Below are positions 58,749 to 64,000 of a stretch of 64,000 bases of DNA, in pieces; the stretch's first letter is position 1, and every line of letters starts with the position of its first letter. The stretch is taken from contig QZKH01000003.1 of NCBI GenBank assembly GCA_003598025.1, positions 234,048-298,047 of the forward strand, written 5' to 3'. The DNA comes from Candidatus Omnitrophota bacterium (GTDB lineage: Bacteria > Omnitrophota > Gorgyraeia > Gygaellales > Profunditerraquicolaceae). The position numbers and the translations under genes are program-made. A model generated the notes under the pieces. That model was not told where the DNA came from and made no database searches. It saw nothing but the letters and a program-made list of their open reading frames with translations.

Positions 58749-59967
58749 TTTCTTCTGAACAAAAACGTTTAAAAGATAAAAGTAAACCTATCATAAACCA
58801 GAAGATCATCGATACCCTAGAATAATAAAGACTGGTTTCTGTAAGCCCGTTTATCAAAAAAGCAGCTATTCCGGCAACCAAAGAAATTACGTAAGTCTTG
58901 AGATATCCGCTAGTAAGCTTAGAATATATTTTTTTTGCCTCAGAAAAAACGCTAATCAAGAGCCATATGAAAATACTCAATCCTATAATACCCGTCTCAC
59001 CGGCCATCTGAAGGTAATGATTATGAGCATACATATGATCTGCCGTCCCTGCATAGTCCGGCTCAGGAAGTTTGTATTTTAGATAATTTTCCGGGAAAGT
59101 AGAAAATCCTACTCCGATAAAAGGATGATGCTTGATCATATTCATAGTATTGCGGTAAACGCTTATCCTGTCATCATTCAACATAAACCTTACAGGATTA
59201 TAATTGACATCCTTAGCCCAGTTTTTTACATTTTTTGGCAGTAAAAACGGTGATATCAAGATAAATATGATAAGAAGTGTGGTTAAAAGCTTATTCCTCT
59301 TCAATATAGCTATCAAAAGAACGCTTAAATATAACGCAAGAGCTGTCCCGCGGGAAAGAGTAAGGAACACCCCGGTAATAGCAAGTAAGCTAAAAAATAG
59401 CATACAGGTTTTTTTAGCTCCCTTAAAAGCAAACAACGCCATGCCGGTAATAACGGGTGCTATAGCGCTGACATAAACACCGAAAACATTGGCATTAGGG
59501 AAAGCTGCTGTGGCGCGCTTTAGCCCGATATTTATTATCGGTGCATGGCCGCGTATAAAATCTTTTCCTGAATATAACTGCCAGAGCCCGTCAATAGAAG
59601 ACATAACAGCACCGCAGATAATCCCCCCCAGAATCCTGCCCAGATGTTTTTTATCGCGCACCTCTTCAGCGCAAATGAGAAAGAGCATGGCATATTCAAC
59701 AAATTTCCATATCCCCCTTATGCTGGACTTAAGATCAATGCTATTTTTAAAAGAGATTATTGAAATAATGACCAGTAATATAAACGGGATATTTATTGCG
59801 GTTCGGACAAAAAGTCTCTGGCGTTTAAGGATTTTCTTTAAGAGAAAACTGCAGAATAAAAAGCCCATAAATGAGTAGGTAAACGCCGGAGAAATAGAAA
59901 TTGAAAACGGGATTAATATTATTGACCAATAAATAATAAAATCACAGATGCTTATAACTTTTGACAC
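58741..59967 (-). CDS. O-antigen ligase family membrane protein (Wzy_C domain)
   Basis: 408 aa with about 10 TMs and the periplasmic loop motif HNHYLQMAGETGIIG. GTG start. Confidence 0.8.
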   Translation of the reverse strand: MSKVISICDFIIYWSIILIPFSISISPAFTYSFMGFLFCSFLLKKILKRQRLFVRTAINIPFILLVIISIISFKNSIDLKSSIRGIWKFVEYAMLFLICAEEVRDKKHLGRILGGIICGAVMSSIDGLWQLYSGKDFIRGHAPIINIGLKRATAAFPNANVFGVYVSAIAPVITGMALFAFKGAKKTCMLFFSLLAITGVFLTLSRGTALALYLSVLLIAILKRNKLLTTLLIIFILISPFLLPKNVKNWAKDVNYNPVRFMLNDDRISVYRNTMNMIKHHPFIGVGFSTFPENYLKYKLPEPDYAGTADHMYAHNHYLQMAGETGIIGLSIFIWLLISVFSEAKKIYSKLTSGYLKTYVISLVAGIAAFLINGLTETSLYYSRVSMIFWFMIGLLLSFKRFCSEENG

Positions 59968-60648
59968 TTAGCCTCCGAATCTGTATTTTATCATATAGAA
60001 AATAGCCCAAAAAGCATCATTGAGCCTTATTTTCTTGCCTTCTTTGTATGAACGCGGGATATATGAAACAGGGACCTCGATTATCCTGAGCTTACGTTTA
60101 ATTGCATTGCATACAATCTCAACGTCAATATCAAATCCATTTGCCTTTAAATCAAGGTTCAAAAAAGTCTTGCGCGAAGCCAGCTTATAACAGGTCGCAT
60201 AATCATTGAGCCTGCTTGAATAAAGCAAATTCAAGAACCCGGTAAGGGCTTTATTGCCAAGCCTGTGGAAGAATAACCCTTGATACCCCCCCAGGAACCT
60301 CACACCAAGAACCAGGCTTTCATCAGCGCAATCTTTGATGGCGCTGATTAATTTACGGTAATCTTCGGGATTATATTCCAGGTCTGCATCTTGTATCAAT
60401 ACATAATCTCCTGTTGCATTGCTAAGCCCGCTCTTAAAAGCAGCGCCCTTGCCCCTGTTGCTGGAATGATAAATAACTTTCAGGTTCAAAAGCTTTAATT
60501 CGGAAATAATACCCATTGTACCGTCTGTAGAGCCATCATCCACTACGATGATCTCTTTGTCGATATCAATACGCTGTATCTTCTCTATAACCTGCCTTAT
60601 TGTCTTTGACTCGTTGAAAACAGGCACTATCACTGATAATAACGGCAT
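59968..60648 (-). CDS. glycosyltransferase family 2
   Basis: 226 aa: LSVIVPVFNE...VVDDGSTDGT...QDADL. Confidence 0.85.
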   Translation of the reverse strand: MPLLSVIVPVFNESKTIRQVIEKIQRIDIDKEIIVVDDGSTDGTMGIISELKLLNLKVIYHSSNRGKGAAFKSGLSNATGDYVLIQDADLEYNPEDYRKLISAIKDCADESLVLGVRFLGGYQGLFFHRLGNKALTGFLNLLYSSRLNDYATCYKLASRKTFLNLDLKANGFDIDVEIVCNAIKRKLRIIEVPVSYIPRSYKEGKKIRLNDAFWAIFYMIKYRFGG

Positions 60649-60649
60649 T

Positions 60650-61345
60650 TTACTTCATCCTCTCTTTTAATGCCCAAAGATATATCCGGATATAATTAGG
60701 CAACAGCCTGAAAACCTTAAAACTGGATTTACCCTTTTCTCTTTCTTTCCATTTTGTGGGGACTTCTGTCACCTTGAAACCATTAAAATAAGCCCTTAAA
60801 GCCAGCTCCATCGATACCTCAAAGCCTTTAGAATAGATAGTTATGCCTTTAATAGCTTCCTTACGGTACATTTTAAAGGCATTTGCTATATCATGGGTAG
60901 GTACACCGATAAGTAAATGCACAGTAAAACCTCCTAACCGTGACAGCATAGCCTTGAATTTCGGCCCTCCCTGCCTCAAACCCCCTTTAATATATCTTGA
61001 GCCGCAAACAACATCATAACCCTGTATTATTTTATCATACATTTTATTGACAGTTTGAAGTTCGTCACACAAATCCGCCATTACCGGCAACAAAACATCT
61101 CCCTTGGCGTTTCCGATACCGCACATTATCGCATTAGCAAAGCCCCTCTCTTTTTCATTATTAACCAGCACTAAGTTAGGATAAGAAGTAGCTAATCTAT
61201 TTACCAATGCATGCGTATTATCGGTCGAATGGTCATTCACGACTACCAGCTCATGCTCTGGTAGCATGGCCTGTTCAAGCTTACTAATAACATCAGCGAT
61301 ATTTGCTTCTTCGTTATATGCAGGGATGATAATAGAGAGTTTCAT
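60650..61345 (-). CDS. glycosyltransferase family 2 (polyprenyl-phosphate sugar transferase-like)
   Basis: 231 aa: LSIIIPAYNEEANI...VVNDHSTDNT...MADL. Confidence 0.85.
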   Translation of the reverse strand: MKLSIIIPAYNEEANIADVISKLEQAMLPEHELVVVNDHSTDNTHALVNRLATSYPNLVLVNNEKERGFANAIMCGIGNAKGDVLLPVMADLCDELQTVNKMYDKIIQGYDVVCGSRYIKGGLRQGGPKFKAMLSRLGGFTVHLLIGVPTHDIANAFKMYRKEAIKGITIYSKGFEVSMELALRAYFNGFKVTEVPTKWKEREKGKSSFKVFRLLPNYIRIYLWALKERMK

Positions 61346-63504
61346 TTAATCAATTTGAATATTTTAATCGTATTATTAGAAAAAACCTCTTTAAATTCAC
61401 CGGGATGTTCAATTGCCCAGTAATATTCTATAGGAAATTCAATCTTTTCAGTCTGATGAAGAGAATAGATAAAAATGAAATCGGTATTACGCCTTTTAAG
61501 ATTGACCAGCCAAATATTATAATCGGCATTCCCGCGGTAATTATTTGGCTCATTTAAATTCTCATGTAATGAGGTAAAATTATAACCCCATTCGTATGAA
61601 CTGTCACTAAAATAATGGGGCATAGCCGGGTCGGTTTTATTGACCGAAACATAATAAACATTATTTTTAAAACCTGTGCCATAAAGCGGGTATACCACCG
61701 GCCTGCCGGCGTAGGCGATATTGTTTGATTGGGTATTATTATTGAGCCATTCCCAGGCATAGGTTGCTTCAGGCCAAAATCCTGAATATTCAACCATTTT
61801 TACATATCTTTTATATTCGTTACGTATATAGAATTTCTGGGCAAGGGTAAGCCCTAAAAAACAGCATAATGCTATTAAGGTTAATGCCCGAACATCCGGT
61901 CTGAATCTTAAAATCGAAGCCTGTCTCTTAATTAAAAAATAAAACAGGGCAAATGTAAGTAATCCGGAATTGGCCAATTCCCAATATGAGGATAACTCCA
62001 GGGACGGAAAAACGATACATAAAAAAATAATAATGGTAACTGCTTTTTTATTTATTCTGAGCTTCTGTATTAAAAAGAATGCGAGCACCATTCCTATAGA
62101 TAAAGCTGCAAATAAATACCTTAAATTAGCAAGGGGTATCACATACCTGTAGGTTAAATACATTAAAAAAGGCAGGATCGAAAAATAAAGCAAAAAATAG
62201 TCTTTTTTGGATTTATTCTTTACAAATATATAAACCGGGGCTATAAGCGAAGCCGGAAGGGTAAAAAATAACGTCTGCACGCCCAAGCCTTCATGGAAAA
62301 GGGCTTTTATCAGGCTATAATCTTCCGGTTTGAAATGAGCCCGGTAAATGACCGGCTCCATGACACCACGTAACAATCTAAAACCGAATAATTCTACATT
62401 AAGCGGATAAAGCGGGTTACCGGTATTTATATAATTCCTCAGATAAGAGTATCCTCCCAAAAACAGCACGGAAATAATAAAAAGAAAAATGGAGCTCATC
62501 GGGCTAAAGCCCGAGGTTTCTTGGAGCGAAACACTGAGCGGCCCAACTCCATCCGTACCTTTAAAGGTGCGGTTTTGTGGCCGCGAACGTATAAAACCCG
62601 CTTTCTTTATCTCTTTAAAAGAAATAAACACATATGGCATAAACAACAACAAACTGTAAGGCAGCCCTACAGTCTTAGTCCCCAGAAGAAGCCCGATACT
62701 TAAACCAAAAAGTATATTATTTTTTAGCGAAAATTCTTCATACAATAATAAAAGAAAATATAAAGCTGACAGGAAATAAAAACACACCATCAGGTCAACA
62801 TAAGCGATCTCCAGCTGTTTAAAATAATTTGGCATCAGCGAGAATAAAGATGCCGCAAATAATGAATAGGGCGAAGATACCCCTATCTTTCTTGCCAATG
62901 CATAAGTTGCCGTAAAGCTAAGCGCAAAAAAGGGAAGCTGCCCCAGGTCAGCGACAAATACGCTCCTAAAAGGCATGATAAGCCATAAGTAGAACAGGCT
63001 GCCATTTATTGGATAATACGAAGGGCTGGGATCGTCAAAAACCGTGATCGGGATGTTTAAATTCCTGTTTTTAAGCCATTCCACAGCAAAGGTAAAATGA
63101 TAATTTAAAGAATCCCAGCCAAAAGGCGGATTGAAAAGATTGATAGAAGATTTAATTACAACAAATCCCGTAATTGTAGAAATAGCTAAAAGTAATAATT
63201 TGCTTTTAAGTAGATCCCCAAGATTAGTTCTTACGTCCTTAATGGAAGGGTTAATTACCGGCCTATTAAAAACAAACATAGTTAAAAACATTATAATCAA
63301 ATTTAAATATATGAGATTTTCAAGGGTCAATGCCCCGGCAATACCTAAGGCCTGTTCTGACAGAATAATCTGCGAAACGTAAATAATAAATGCGCAGATC
63401 AGTGATTCGGCCAGGCCTACAGGCTTAAATCCCCTAAAGGTGATTAGAAAAGCATTAAAAATTACGATAGCATTCATAAATATGCAAGCAAGCAGCATTC
63501 TCAT
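61342..63504 (-). CDS. GT-C-fold membrane glycosyltransferase (ArnT/PMT-like) carrying an in-frame about 33-codon repeat-element insertion
   Basis: 720 aa with more than 12 predicted TMs and a C-terminal soluble domain. The segment IKKAGFIRSRPQNRTFKGTDGVGPLSVSLQETSGFSPM is encoded by repeat-element copy 3 (62499-62597). Confidence 0.6.
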   Translation of the reverse strand: MRMLLACIFMNAIVIFNAFLITFRGFKPVGLAESLICAFIIYVSQIILSEQALGIAGALTLENLIYLNLIIMFLTMFVFNRPVINPSIKDVRTNLGDLLKSKLLLLAISTITGFVVIKSSINLFNPPFGWDSLNYHFTFAVEWLKNRNLNIPITVFDDPSPSYYPINGSLFYLWLIMPFRSVFVADLGQLPFFALSFTATYALARKIGVSSPYSLFAASLFSLMPNYFKQLEIAYVDLMVCFYFLSALYFLLLLYEEFSLKNNILFGLSIGLLLGTKTVGLPYSLLLFMPYVFISFKEIKKAGFIRSRPQNRTFKGTDGVGPLSVSLQETSGFSPMSSIFLFIISVLFLGGYSYLRNYINTGNPLYPLNVELFGFRLLRGVMEPVIYRAHFKPEDYSLIKALFHEGLGVQTLFFTLPASLIAPVYIFVKNKSKKDYFLLYFSILPFLMYLTYRYVIPLANLRYLFAALSIGMVLAFFLIQKLRINKKAVTIIIFLCIVFPSLELSSYWELANSGLLTFALFYFLIKRQASILRFRPDVRALTLIALCCFLGLTLAQKFYIRNEYKRYVKMVEYSGFWPEATYAWEWLNNNTQSNNIAYAGRPVVYPLYGTGFKNNVYYVSVNKTDPAMPHYFSDSSYEWGYNFTSLHENLNEPNNYRGNADYNIWLVNLKRRNTDFIFIYSLHQTEKIEFPIEYYWAIEHPGEFKEVFSNNTIKIFKLIK
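62499..62597 (+). repeat. about 100 nt repeat element copy 3, inserted in-frame within the GT-C glycosyltransferase CDS
   Basis: About 85% identical to 24447-24546. The hairpin ccgtacctttaaaggtgcgg + tttt is retained. The -10 box is degenerate (aaaaat). Confidence 0.8.
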
Positions 63505-63523
63505 AAAATCCTCGCTAAAATTA

Positions 63524-64000
63524 TTATTTAACTTCGGTTAACCTGGCAGTTACCAGCATCCCACCGGCAAAAACCCTTATTAACAACGGTATATTTTCAT
63601 CCTTTTTTAAAAATTTAATAGTCAGGCTGGTTTGGTGATAAGGATTCTTATCTACTCTCTTTATTTTTCCGTCAATCGTAAAAATATTATTTTGTTCATT
63701 CATTATTTTTGAGCCGCTATATATCAAACCCGCGACAAATACATAATTCTTTTGATTAGAATTAATATACATTTTGATTTCTTTAGTTGCGGCTAAATCT
63801 GTTTTTATGAGTTTATGCATCAAAGAAAGAGGATCATATGTACTTGGCAGGATTTTACGCTCAACGCCTTCTATTTTCATAACAAGTTTCTTTTGGTCGT
63901 AACTGACCTCTTTTACTGATTTTTTGCCTTTAGCAATCAGTTCCTCTCTGAAGAATAATGGGACAGAGCTTGCTTTATCGATATAAGAATCCAGCGTGGC
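63524..64000 (-). CDS. hypothetical protein, C-terminal part; gene continues beyond window end
   Basis: Open minus-strand frame from the stop at 63524 to the window edge with no stop (>=159 codons); the listed 118-aa ORF is its C-terminal part. No confident family assignment; it could be an LPS-transport-type periplasmic protein given the context. Confidence 0.5.
   Translation of the reverse strand, partial: ATLDSYIDKASSVPLFFREELIAKGKKSVKEVSYDQKKLVMKIEGVERKILPSTYDPLSLMHKLIKTDLAATKEIKMYINSNQKNYVFVAGLIYSGSKIMNEQNNIFTIDGKIKRVDKNPYHQTSLTIKFLKKDENIPLLIRVFAGGMLVTARLTEVK

Noticed and set aside
61554-61793. 79-aa minus-strand ORF inside the GT-C gene region
   Set aside because: It is on the same strand in an alternative frame, overlapping the 720-aa CDS, and has no domain support.

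Overview
This 64 kb window is a low-GC (about 40%) chromosomal core region of a diderm (LPS-making) bacterium, probably an uncultivated lineage. Coding is almost entirely on the minus strand: about 60 genes, with one plus-strand exception (a GAF-GGDEF diguanylate cyclase).

Reading along the minus strand, i.e. from high to low coordinates:
- tRNA-Thr, rpmG, tRNA-Trp, secE, nusG, rplK, rplA, rplJ, rplL, rpoB, rpoC. This is the classical ribosomal/RNA polymerase block; genes are packed tightly with overlapping stop/start codons and no long leaders, and rpoC runs off the 5' end of the window.
- Upstream of that block: rsmA, pdxA, a SurA-like chaperone, a short Mfd, a fused secDF, yajC, rpsP, a TrpE/PabB-family synthase, and a histidine cluster (hisI, hisF, a lipoprotein, hisA, hisH, hisB, hisD).
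- Then alaS, recX, recA; the GGDEF gene on the plus strand; smc; an HTH + REC pair; an acyl-CoA dehydrogenase with EtfB and a ferredoxin-domain EtfA; a GNAT; glgC; MarC; a PMT/ArnT-like membrane protein; a BT1-like transporter; and the glycolytic block secG-tpiA-pgk-(SpeE-like membrane fusion)-gap.
- Finally tandem GalT-like paralogs, fmt, priA, and about 13 kb of LPS-core / glycoconjugate genes (GT28, GmhB, epimerase, GT2 x3, DegT, GT9 x2, ManC, O-antigen ligase, a GT-C enzyme). The last gene runs off the 3' end.

Features not explained by the gene annotation:
1. A roughly 100 nt repeat element in three copies, carrying a -10-like box and a hairpin plus T-tract. One copy has a perfect extended -10 and sits in the recA-recX spacer, antisense to the operon. 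One is inserted in-frame inside the GT-C glycosyltransferase gene (RPE-like). One is inverted and supplies the hisI stop codon and a terminator.
2. Tandem heptamer arrays (consensus TAGTTCA / TGAACTA; 2-6 units; a stop codon in every frame) at four intergenic loci. They often form inverted pairs, and three of them overlap gene stop codons. A second composite repeat (TGTGAC..TGTGTCTTTG..TTTCTATG) accompanies them at two loci.
3. A PriA whose helicase motifs I, III and VI are degenerate, and an Mfd that lacks the UvrA-recruiting N-terminal module.
4. A tandem GalT-like pair in which the second copy has HSR in place of the catalytic HPH.

I found no prophage, CRISPR array or defense island.
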